In this document: in pieces, positions 45,031 through 53,646 of the stretch
Layout: the number at the start of each line of letters is the position of its first letter
Position numbering within the stretch: the stretch's first letter is position 1
Assembly (NCBI GenBank): GCA_964622975.1
Contig: CAZUTA010000010.1
Location: 16,971 to 80,970, forward strand
DNA length: 64,000 nt
Direction of reading: 5' to 3'
Source: an uncultured Bacteriovoracaceae bacterium
GTDB lineage: Bacteria; Bdellovibrionota; UBA2394
The notes under the pieces: model-generated
What the model was told of the DNA's origin: nothing
What the model saw: only the letters and a program-made list of their open reading frames with translations
Database searches by the model: none
Translations under genes and position numbers: made by a program

Positions 45031-46413
45031 TTAACTCGCCGGCCCCATCACTCTGAGCTCCAGAATCTGCTCAGCCCCCTCATCCGTTACCGCTCTAAAG
45101 ACCACATCTTTGAGACCAAAATTTTCTTTAAACTCCCCTCTCGGAAGTTTCACAATCAAATAGGCTGTACCCTTTTCCATCGCCTTAAGATTCATCACAC
45201 CTTCGGGGGCCACGACTTCTAATGTCGAAGGCGATACCGGCTCAAATCGAATCTTCAAATCTGTTTCGGATCGACTCGTGATTTGCAAATGAACAGGATT
45301 GATGACTTTTTGATCCGTGGGATCAATCGAAAACACAATACGCGTCGCATCTCGATGCAGTGTTGCCTTAAAGAGAGATCGGTTGGCCGCAAATCCCACG
45401 AGAACAGACGTCACGGCGGCAAGTACAATTGAATAGATCGCAAGCCGCGGTCTCCAAAATCGGGATGGAAGATGCTCGACTTGCGCTTCGGTCTGATAGC
45501 GAATCAGTCCTGGCGGCCGATCGATTTTCTTCATGATCGAGTCGCACGCATCGACGCACTGAGTGCAATGAATGCATTCGAGTTGCAGCCCTTGGCGAAT
45601 GTCGATTCCCGTGGGGCAAACATTGACACAGAGTTTGCAATCAATGCAGTCCCCCGTCGTGGATCCTTTTTTGCCTCGCGGCTCACCCCTCTTTTTGTCA
45701 TACGCCACAATGAGCGAGTCTCGATCCAAAAGCACAGATTGCAATCGGCCGTAGGGACAAACAAAAAGACAGATTTGCTCTCGAAACCACCCGTACTGAA
45801 ACAAAATGATGCCGAACGAAATGAGCATAAAGACAAAGGGACCCCAATGAAGGGAAGGCCCCTCTTGCACCAATTCAAGCATTCGATGGGATCCCATCAA
45901 ATAGGCCACAAATGTATTGGCCAAAATAAACGACACCCCCGCAAACAGTCCCCATTTGACGATTAAGGGAATCACTCGCTCACTGAGTGGCGTACTTTTG
46001 AACTTTTTTTGAGCCGACCCAAAACCTTCGATCATTCTCTCTATCGGCCGAAACACAAACTCCATGAACACCGTCAAAGGGCAGGCCCATCCACAAAACA
46101 CTCGGCCCAAAACAACGGTCAAAAAAACAATGGCGACGAGGACGGCCAATGTAAAAAACATAAAGATGACCATCTCGTTCACCCAAAATGTGAATCCCAA
46201 AAAATGAATCTTTCGATGAATAAGATCAAAGAAAACGGCTTGGTGCCCTCCGACCTTGAACCAAGGTGCGGCAAGGAGCCAGGCAATCAGCGCCCAAGCG
46301 ACGAATTTGCGAAGTCTATGCCATTTTCCAAAGGCAGGAATCGGAAAGATCCACCGTCGACGACCCTCGGAATCCGCCGTCGATAAATCCGTATGAAGTG
46401 GACCAGTCGTCAT
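45031..46413 (-). CDS. ccoG: cytochrome c oxidase accessory protein CcoG/FixG (4Fe-4S)
   Basis: 460 aa with 'FCGWACP', 'CIDCKLCVNVCPTGIDIR' and 'CIHCTQCVDACD'. Confidence 0.88.
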   Translation of the reverse strand: MTTGPLHTDLSTADSEGRRRWIFPIPAFGKWHRLRKFVAWALIAWLLAAPWFKVGGHQAVFFDLIHRKIHFLGFTFWVNEMVIFMFFTLAVLVAIVFLTVVLGRVFCGWACPLTVFMEFVFRPIERMIEGFGSAQKKFKSTPLSERVIPLIVKWGLFAGVSFILANTFVAYLMGSHRMLELVQEGPSLHWGPFVFMLISFGIILFQYGWFREQICLFVCPYGRLQSVLLDRDSLIVAYDKKRGEPRGKKGSTTGDCIDCKLCVNVCPTGIDIRQGLQLECIHCTQCVDACDSIMKKIDRPPGLIRYQTEAQVEHLPSRFWRPRLAIYSIVLAAVTSVLVGFAANRSLFKATLHRDATRIVFSIDPTDQKVINPVHLQITSRSETDLKIRFEPVSPSTLEVVAPEGVMNLKAMEKGTAYLIVKLPRGEFKENFGLKDVVFRAVTDEGAEQILELRVMGPAS

Positions 46414-46982
46414 TTCATCAATTGCCCCTCAGAGGCCTTGGGATTGGCGGGCTTTGTCCCGTGCAAACTTCTAATGTACGCAGCAGAGGCGATCATTTCA
46501 TCCTCGCTCATCATGGCTGACCAGGTCGGCATCCCCTTCGCAAGAACTCCGTTCGTAATGACACCTAACATATCCGTCATTCTATTGCCGTGAATCCAGT
46601 AATCATCCGTCAAGTTGGGACCGACGAGTCCTCCGCCATCATTCAAATGACAGCTCGCACATTTGGTTTCAAACTGGGCTTTACCCAGCTTAAGAACTTC
46701 GGGATTGGTGGCCAGAGCCAAAAGCTCTTCCTCGGACTTTGACTTCTTTTCAGAGGAGGTTGCAGCCTGAGCTTGGAGTTCGGATCTTCTTTCGTTTCGA
46801 TAGGAATCCAAAAGACTCGGCCCACTGCCCAGTTGATAAATGGCAAAATAAACGATCGCAAAAAGAATGGAGAGATAAAAACCATTCAACCACCACTTGG
46901 GAAGCTGATTGTCATACTCCTGGATTCCATCAAATTGATGAGGCTTAAGAACATCTTTTGTTTCTTTCTCGTCTTCTTTCAT
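46410..46982 (-). CDS. ccoP: cbb3-type cytochrome c oxidase subunit CcoP, monoheme form
   Basis: 190 aa with the FixP N-terminal motif 'FDGIQEYDNQLPKWW' and a single CxxCH ('CASCH'). Confidence 0.8.
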   Translation of the reverse strand: MKEDEKETKDVLKPHQFDGIQEYDNQLPKWWLNGFYLSILFAIVYFAIYQLGSGPSLLDSYRNERRSELQAQAATSSEKKSKSEEELLALATNPEVLKLGKAQFETKCASCHLNDGGGLVGPNLTDDYWIHGNRMTDMLGVITNGVLAKGMPTWSAMMSEDEMIASAAYIRSLHGTKPANPKASEGQLMK

Positions 46983-47170
46983 TTTTGAACTCCTGGTTTT
47001 GAAGCAAGTTCTTCTGAATCCTTAAAGGGAAGTCGCGCTCGCTCGTCCATGGCTTCGCGGCTCTGAACGTTGAATGTCCAATAGATGATTCCCAAAAACA
47101 TCCCGACAAAAATGAGCGTGGAAATCACCGAAAAAATCGGGAGTGGAAAGGCTTCAATCAGCTGTCTCAT
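46979..47170 (-). CDS. ccoQ: CcoQ/FixQ-like small membrane subunit
   Basis: 63 aa with a single TM helix. It lies between ccoNO and ccoP, with a 1-nt TAATG overlap and a 4-nt ATGA overlap. Confidence 0.55.
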   Translation of the reverse strand: MRQLIEAFPLPIFSVISTLIFVGMFLGIIYWTFNVQSREAMDERARLPFKDSEELASKPGVQK

Positions 47171-49374
47171 TACTCTGCTCCCTTCTGCAGAATCTCAGCT
47201 TCGGTCATTCGATCCGTCCCGAGTCGCTGTAGATATGCAATCATTGCAATAATCTCTCGATCCTCCACTCCTTCGATCTGACCTTGAGATTTGAGGCGCG
47301 CGGCGACTTCGGCCGCTTGCTCCTTCAGAAGCTTCTCGGCTTGGTCCACTTCTTCTTGAGAATAGGGCACGCCAAGTTTGCGAAGGGCCTTGAGACGAGC
47401 CTTAGTATCCACAGTGTCGAGTTTGGCTTTGAGCAGCCAATCATAACTCGGCATCAACGAATTAGGGGTCGTCGTGCGCGGATCTTGCAAATGTCGAAAG
47501 TGCCAGAGATCAGGATACTTTCCGCCGATGCGATGGAGATCAGGCCCCGTTCGCTTGGATCCCCATTGAAACGGCTTGTCATACATATATTCATAGGCTC
47601 TCGACACCGAGCCATAGCGTTTGACTTCTTCAGGAATGGGCCGCACCTGCTGTGAATGACAATTGTAACAACCTTCGCGAACATAAATCGCGCGCCCTTC
47701 GAGTTCGAGGGGCGTATAAGGTTTGACGACCTTTCCGACTGGAGCCTGTGCGGTCACGATCATCATCGGGACGAGCTGCACGAGTCCACCAACGCTCACC
47801 ATGATCGCCGCGAGCGCTGCAAACACCAAAGGCCAGCCTTCCAGTGCCGCATGAAATTTGGCAAAGAGCTTTTTGAAGCCCATGGGCTCTGAAACAAGTG
47901 CTTGAACTTCGGATTCGGGTGTTGAAGCAAGAAGACGAGGTGCCTCGACAACAGGATCTTTGAGATCTTTGACACCAGCAATCGATCGAACGACATTGTA
48001 AATCATCAAAAGAACACCCACGAGATAGAGCGTTCCGCCGATCGCACGCATGGCATAGGCCGGCTTAATCGCGATCACTGTCTCCATAAAATCCGGATAG
48101 AGCAAAACTCCATCGGCCTTTGTGGCAAACCACATTAAGCTTTGTGTGATTCCACCCCACCAAAGTGGCACGGCGTACAAAACAATTCCGATCGATGCGA
48201 TCCAAAAATGAACATTTGCCATTTTTTTGGAATAAACTTCGCGACCATAGAGTTTGGGAATCAAATAATAAATCATCCCAAACGTCACAAATCCCACCCA
48301 ACCCAAAGCACCGACATGGACATGAGCAATCGTCCAATCCGTAAAATGTGAGATCTTGTTGACGGTCTTAATGGACATCATCGGGCCTTCAAAGGTGGCC
48401 ATACCGTAGGCCGTCACGCCCCATAAAAAGAATTTAAGAACGGGCTCTTCTCGAACGCGATGCCAAGCACCCCTGAGAGTATAGAGTCCGTTGAGCATCC
48501 CACCCCATGAAGGAGCGATGAGCATAATACTAAAAATCATTCCGAGCGTCTGAAGCCACTCAGGCAATGCCGAATACAAAAGATGATGGGGCCCCGTCCA
48601 TATATAGATAAAAACCAAACTCCAAAAATGAACGATCGAAAGCCGATAAGAAAAAACCGGGCGACCCGCGGCCTTCGGCATAAAATAGTACATCAATCCC
48701 AAAAAAGGTGTGGTCAAAAAGAATCCAACGGCATTGTGGCCATACCACCACTGAACCAAAGCATCCTGTGCTCCCGCAAAAACCGTATAAGAATGGAGCA
48801 TCGAGAAGGGCAAATGCAGACTCTCCACGACATGCAGCATCGTGATGGCAATGATTGACGCCAAATAAAACCAAAGCGCGACATACATATGCTTTTCGCG
48901 CCGAATTTTGAGAGTCATGACAAAATTGACTGCAAAGACGACCCAGACAACTGCGATCAAAATATCAATAGGCCATTCGAGTTCGCCGTACTCTCGCCCC
49001 TGACTGATGCCCAGCGGGAGAGAAATCGCCGCGAGAACAATGATGAGCTGCCATCCCCAAAAGTGAAACCAACTCATCGCATCCGAAAACATTCGAGTCT
49101 TTAAAAGTCTCTGACTCGAATAATAGATCGCGAGAAAAAACGCGTTTCCTGCAAACGCAAAAATCACCGCGTTGGTATGCAACGGACGCAGACGACCAAA
49201 TGTCAGCCATGGAATATTAAAATTAAATCTCCAGTCCATGAGTTGAATCGCCAGAATCAATCCCACCAGCATTCCCACGACACCCCAAATCATTGTCGCC
49301 CACAAAAAGGCTCTGCTGATTTTGTCGTCGTAGGCAAAGCGTTCCATATTTCCATTATTATTTGCGCTGTTCAT
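47170..49374 (-). CDS. ccoNO: fused cbb3-type cytochrome c oxidase subunits I and II (CcoN-CcoO)
   Basis: 734 aa. The N-terminal ~480 aa is a polytopic heme-copper oxidase. The C-terminal part carries 'YVREGCYNCHSQQVRP...QWGSKRTGPDLHRIGGKY...HLQDPR', typical of CcoO. Confidence 0.9.
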   Translation of the reverse strand: MNSANNNGNMERFAYDDKISRAFLWATMIWGVVGMLVGLILAIQLMDWRFNFNIPWLTFGRLRPLHTNAVIFAFAGNAFFLAIYYSSQRLLKTRMFSDAMSWFHFWGWQLIIVLAAISLPLGISQGREYGELEWPIDILIAVVWVVFAVNFVMTLKIRREKHMYVALWFYLASIIAITMLHVVESLHLPFSMLHSYTVFAGAQDALVQWWYGHNAVGFFLTTPFLGLMYYFMPKAAGRPVFSYRLSIVHFWSLVFIYIWTGPHHLLYSALPEWLQTLGMIFSIMLIAPSWGGMLNGLYTLRGAWHRVREEPVLKFFLWGVTAYGMATFEGPMMSIKTVNKISHFTDWTIAHVHVGALGWVGFVTFGMIYYLIPKLYGREVYSKKMANVHFWIASIGIVLYAVPLWWGGITQSLMWFATKADGVLLYPDFMETVIAIKPAYAMRAIGGTLYLVGVLLMIYNVVRSIAGVKDLKDPVVEAPRLLASTPESEVQALVSEPMGFKKLFAKFHAALEGWPLVFAALAAIMVSVGGLVQLVPMMIVTAQAPVGKVVKPYTPLELEGRAIYVREGCYNCHSQQVRPIPEEVKRYGSVSRAYEYMYDKPFQWGSKRTGPDLHRIGGKYPDLWHFRHLQDPRTTTPNSLMPSYDWLLKAKLDTVDTKARLKALRKLGVPYSQEEVDQAEKLLKEQAAEVAARLKSQGQIEGVEDREIIAMIAYLQRLGTDRMTEAEILQKGAE

Positions 49375-49513
49375 CTAGATCCTCCGTCATGACACGATGT
49401 GCGGGTGTTGATAAATCGTCCCACTGACCAGACTTTACGGCCCAGACATAAAGAGCTCCAAAAATCGTCGCGATAAAAATCGAGGCGAGTAGAACCAAAT
49501 AGAAAGCACCCAT
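49358..49513 (-). CDS. ccoS: cbb3 oxidase maturation protein CcoS/FixS (51 aa, absent from the supplied ORF track)
   Basis: Hand translation gives MGAFYLVLLASIFIATIFGALYVWAVKSGQWDDLSTPAHRVMTEDLDEQRK. The 'W-A-x-KSGQ(W/Y/F)DDL' core is the CcoS signature. It overlaps the ccoNO start by 17 nt. Confidence 0.8.
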   Translation of the reverse strand: MGAFYLVLLASIFIATIFGALYVWAVKSGQWDDLSTPAHRVMTEDLDEQRK

Positions 49514-49630
49514 AGGTATGAAAAAATACTATCGCAATTTGAAGCGAAAACTAAAGGATTTGGCCTTCGTATTTTTAGAATTGAAGACTCAGATTCCTGC
49601 CCTCAACGTAAACATCATGCCTGCACACAC

Positions 49631-49659
49631 AAAAAAATAGGGAGTTCATAGAACTCCCC
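49631..49659 (-). terminator. rho-independent terminator of CDS 49691..50383
   Basis: On the minus strand, GGGAGTTC-TAT-GAACTCCC is followed by TATTTTTTT. Confidence 0.7.
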
Positions 49660-49690
49660 ATTCTTCGATTACAAAAAATTCAAAAACTAT

Positions 49691-50383
49691 TTATTCAAAT
49701 CCCCACTGCGGTGGCTGCATATCGCAGGTGCTCCCATCGACATCCACAATTTCATTGCCCCCCACAACAAAAGTCGCGGTTGATGTCGCCGTCACCGTAA
49801 AACTCCCACTCAGCTTCATGCCTCGAGTCGCATCCGACGCATCCCCTGCTGTCAAAGGAGGCAAAAACGGATTGGAGGCATCGCCTCCACCTGAAGAGCT
49901 CGAAGCCGTGCTCAAATAGATGGCCATTCGCTGCTCGCCTGACGCGCAAGTAAAGTCCGTTCCATCGAGGAGCTCACCTGATATTGAACCGTCCCGACAA
50001 ACTTCACGAGTGTACTCAGTTCCACCCGCACAAACGGAACCATCACCCACATCTGCTGATGGAGTAAATTTGATCGTGTCAGAGACTTCAAAGGCGATAC
50101 AAGGATACGTCCCTGGAGCAATCGATGCTGAGCCAATTGCTGAGCCATCAAAGGTTGAATAGTCAGGATTCGAATTGGTATAGATGACTTGCAAATTGGT
50201 ACAGAGAGCGCTCGTTGAAACCGCTGCTTTGTAGACTTTGAGTTTAAACAAAGTCGCATCGACAGCTGCAAGAGCCGATGTGCTCGAGGAGCCTTTGAGT
50301 GACACCGCCACTCCTGAGCTACTTCCACATCCCATCTGAATAAATCCCAAAGACAAAAATGCTAAAGACAAAATTGATCTCAT
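49691..50383 (-). CDS. putative lipoprotein (orphan, Ser/Thr/Gly-rich)
   Basis: 230 aa with 'LSLGFIQMGCGSSS' lipobox. Confidence 0.6.
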   Translation of the reverse strand: MRSILSLAFLSLGFIQMGCGSSSGVAVSLKGSSSTSALAAVDATLFKLKVYKAAVSTSALCTNLQVIYTNSNPDYSTFDGSAIGSASIAPGTYPCIAFEVSDTIKFTPSADVGDGSVCAGGTEYTREVCRDGSISGELLDGTDFTCASGEQRMAIYLSTASSSSGGGDASNPFLPPLTAGDASDATRGMKLSGSFTVTATSTATFVVGGNEIVDVDGSTCDMQPPQWGFE

Positions 50384-50455
50384 GATCCCTCCCTTAAGAG
50401 AACCATGATAAGTGAGAGTTTAAGAACTCCAAAATGATATTGGAAGAGCAAAGCG

Positions 50456-51181
50456 TTAGCGCGCTGCGATGGATTTCTGCAGCCGGCTCAAGACTTGGCG
50501 GTAGCCCGTCATGAGATCTCCGAGATCAAAACGAAAGCGATCCTTATCAAATTTCTCGAGCGTTTTTGAATCCCAAAGTCTCGATGTATCGGGAGAAAAC
50601 TCATCTGCCAGCACCAGCTCTCCTTGAGCGGTCTTTCCAAATTCCAATTTAAAATCCGCCAGAATCAAACCCACTTGATCAAAGAGAGGGCTCAGTAGTG
50701 AATTCACACGAAGAGCGATTTCCTTCGCTCGTTTGAGGTCCTGAGGCTCGACGTGATAGAAACTCGTCAGCAGATCCTCAGAAACTTGCGGATCGCCCTT
50801 CGCGTCATCCTTGAGATACCATTCGACAAGCGCTGGAGTGAGGACGGCCCCTTCCTTTTCTTGCAATCTCTTCGCAAGCGAGCCCGCCATTCGATTGCGC
50901 ACGACAACCTCAACTGGAAGCATTTTAAGCGGTAAACTCTCAATCGCTCGCTCATCCACTTTCTTGATAAAGTGAGTCGGAATCTTTTGCTGATTCAGGT
51001 GTTCAAAAATCAAGCACGTCATCGTGGCGTTGAGCTCACCTTTGCCCGAAAACTCCGCCTTTTTTTGAGCATTAAATGCTGTCGCAGAATCCTTAAAATA
51101 ATGAATGAGGTTTCCGCCCTCGGCGCGATAGACAACCTTCGCTTTGCCTTCGTAAACTTTTTCACCGTAAATCACGGCCAC
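50456..51181 (-). CDS. purC: phosphoribosylaminoimidazole-succinocarboxamide synthase
   Basis: 241 aa with 'YEGKAK', 'DSATAFNAQKK', 'VEVVVRN' and 'LADFKLEFG'. Confidence 0.93.
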   Translation of the reverse strand: MAVIYGEKVYEGKAKVVYRAEGGNLIHYFKDSATAFNAQKKAEFSGKGELNATMTCLIFEHLNQQKIPTHFIKKVDERAIESLPLKMLPVEVVVRNRMAGSLAKRLQEKEGAVLTPALVEWYLKDDAKGDPQVSEDLLTSFYHVEPQDLKRAKEIALRVNSLLSPLFDQVGLILADFKLEFGKTAQGELVLADEFSPDTSRLWDSKTLEKFDKDRFRFDLGDLMTGYRQVLSRLQKSIAAR

Positions 51182-51184
51182 AAA

Positions 51185-53578
51185 CTAGTCGTGCTCTGCA
51201 ATGAATTGCAAGGACTTCAAAAAGCCTACTTCATCCCCGATCGCAGGACTCCAGCGCGGGGGACGATGGCGCAAAACATCTTCATGGAGTTCCTTTTCGT
51301 TTCGGTAGCGGCGATAGGTACAGAGTCGCTTTTCGGCGGGCGTTCGCTGGATTGTAGCCTTTTGAAACACGACTTGTATGGGAGCGCCCTGATAATTTCG
51401 CAGCACATCCCCCTTTGAGTCCACACCGACGGCGGCGCCTTCGCAAATCTGAAGCAATTCTGAATTTTGCAACACGGCAGGATCATTGAGCGCCAAAATA
51501 CAAAGTTTGGAAGCCTTACGCCGTGACACTCCGTAGGGGCCTTCTTGATAAATCTGAGCGAGATTTACGAGATGTTTGATCGAGTCCACGATGGGCTCCT
51601 GAAAATGCTTAAAGAAATGATAAAGATTGTCGCGCGCGACGGGTTCGGCTTCATCGAGATCCTCTTTGAGTGGCTCAAGGCGTTTGGTCACTCCGGGCTG
51701 CAATGCAAAACGCAAATCCCGTTCAGCCAATCGAACCACCGTATCCAAACTCTGTGGCGTTGCGAGCAATCCTTGCTGCAATCGCTTTTGTAAATCGGTC
51801 TCGACAACCTGACTAAAGCGCTCAGTGATGACCTGATCCTTTTCTTTGAGTACCATCGTGTCATAGATAATTCGCAATCGTGCGGCATTGCGAAGATCTG
51901 GAGCGACAAAGCTCCCGTCGTTCTTCCAAGGGTCGAGGACTTCCTCGTCGCGCATCATTTGATTGACGGTTTGAAAACGATCACGAGTATTTTTGGCCAA
52001 TGCCAGCGTCTGCTGCTGAAGATACGCCTCATCAAACCACTCCGGATGACGCTCCCATTCGGCAATCAATCGATTGAGATAAGTCACAATCTTTGAGCCA
52101 ATCCGCTCCGGAGTAAATCCCTGAAAATCTCGCATGGTCCAAAACGCGAGAGTCCCTTGATCATCGGCAATGACACTCACCTGGCGCTCCACATCCAAAA
52201 GTCGTCTGGCCGCATCGATGATCCGCTGAACGTTTGACTCCAAAGTGACAATATCGAGCGTGTTGACAACATCGAGATCCATCAACGCATGAGAGGCTGT
52301 TCCATTATCCAAGCGACTGACGATTGATTCGGGAGACAAGGGATCTCCCTGAGTATCATTTTCAGTAATCTGCTGGCTCCCCAATCGAATCCAAAGCTGA
52401 GCACGAAAATAGCTCCCGCCTATGAGAACATCATCGAGAGGGCCCGAGCTTCCGCCCTCATACATATTTCCCGCCATGAGTGTCGCAATTGAGTCTGTGA
52501 GCTTTCGCATGCGCTGTTTTCGGCCCTCAATATTGTCACCGTATTGACTGAGTTCGATCTTGGCTTGCCCGATGGTGCCAGATATTCGTTCGAGCTGCGC
52601 ATAGAACTTGCCTTCGCGCTCTCTAAACTTCGCCTTTTGGTTTCCTTGTTCCTCACTCCCCGCAGGGGATCCCGCCTCCACTCGTCTCAAAAACTTTTGA
52701 AACGTCGCGTACTCTCGAGTGAGAAGTTCATACCCGAGCCACTCCTGAGGAATTTGGATTTGATCTCGAAAGTCCTGAATCTTATCGACGAGGTTGCGCC
52801 GGTTTTCGATATCACACAGAGTTTGCTCGAGAGCTTCCATCGCACACGTGAGTCCCGCCTGCATGGTGGTTTTGCGATAATCTTGGATTCGCTTGCTGAG
52901 CTTGAGATTGTCAAAGAACGAAAAGAAACTCGATACCAATCGGCCCGCCAATCCCAGCGCGAGATTGAGAGTGGGATCAAAAAATCCGCCCGCAATCGAA
53001 AGCAGCTGCCCTGCCAATTGGATCGGCAATGATTTGTGTTTTTCAAAACAATTGATTTGATCGGGATAACTACTGCTCACGATCTCCATATAGGTCGTGA
53101 GTTCCTGAACCGCTTGAGCCCGTTGCTCATATCTCAGCACATCATCGGCATATCCTTCGCGCATCGCGCTCACTCGCACATCCGCCAGCTCCCCAGCCAA
53201 GGCCGCTTGAACTTGAGGATCCGACTCCTGACTGATCGCATAAGATAGACGTTCGGCATAAGCCGCAAGCTCACTCGCTCGATCCCCCGCTAAGCCTCTT
53301 TGGTAAAACTCGAATTGATTTTGAACCGAAACAATCTGAGCAAAAAGCGGAACCAGTCCCTGGCAGGCTGGATCGTCCTTGATCGTCTCCATGATGCGCT
53401 TGAGCGCGGCTGTATCATTGAGCGCACGCTGGGTAAAAACACCGCGAGAGCCGCAGGAAGCCCCAAAGGACTCCAAAAAGAGCTCTCCAGGATCTACAGG
53501 TTCACCGGCAGATGCTGACTGAGGGAGCCCCAAAAAGGCAGCCCAAAAGACAATCCATTTAATTGCTGTCCCCATCAA
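51185..53578 (-). CDS. large hypothetical secreted protein (orphan, 797 aa)
   Basis: The signal peptide is 'IVFWAAFLGLPQSASAG'. No recognised motifs. Its stop is 3 nt from the purC start. Confidence 0.55.
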   Translation of the reverse strand: MMGTAIKWIVFWAAFLGLPQSASAGEPVDPGELFLESFGASCGSRGVFTQRALNDTAALKRIMETIKDDPACQGLVPLFAQIVSVQNQFEFYQRGLAGDRASELAAYAERLSYAISQESDPQVQAALAGELADVRVSAMREGYADDVLRYEQRAQAVQELTTYMEIVSSSYPDQINCFEKHKSLPIQLAGQLLSIAGGFFDPTLNLALGLAGRLVSSFFSFFDNLKLSKRIQDYRKTTMQAGLTCAMEALEQTLCDIENRRNLVDKIQDFRDQIQIPQEWLGYELLTREYATFQKFLRRVEAGSPAGSEEQGNQKAKFREREGKFYAQLERISGTIGQAKIELSQYGDNIEGRKQRMRKLTDSIATLMAGNMYEGGSSGPLDDVLIGGSYFRAQLWIRLGSQQITENDTQGDPLSPESIVSRLDNGTASHALMDLDVVNTLDIVTLESNVQRIIDAARRLLDVERQVSVIADDQGTLAFWTMRDFQGFTPERIGSKIVTYLNRLIAEWERHPEWFDEAYLQQQTLALAKNTRDRFQTVNQMMRDEEVLDPWKNDGSFVAPDLRNAARLRIIYDTMVLKEKDQVITERFSQVVETDLQKRLQQGLLATPQSLDTVVRLAERDLRFALQPGVTKRLEPLKEDLDEAEPVARDNLYHFFKHFQEPIVDSIKHLVNLAQIYQEGPYGVSRRKASKLCILALNDPAVLQNSELLQICEGAAVGVDSKGDVLRNYQGAPIQVVFQKATIQRTPAEKRLCTYRRYRNEKELHEDVLRHRPPRWSPAIGDEVGFLKSLQFIAEHD

Positions 53579-53646
53579 AGTCCCCCGCTAGGAAGGATAA
53601 CAAGAAGACTTGGCTAGGGCCCAGGGTTTTCTTTAGAACACAAGGA

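Noticed and set aside
52560-52580. TGGCAC-CATCG-GGCA on the minus strand inside CDS 51185..53578.
   Set aside because: It lies deep inside coding sequence, the -12 element is GGGCA rather than TTGC, and no downstream gene start would use it.
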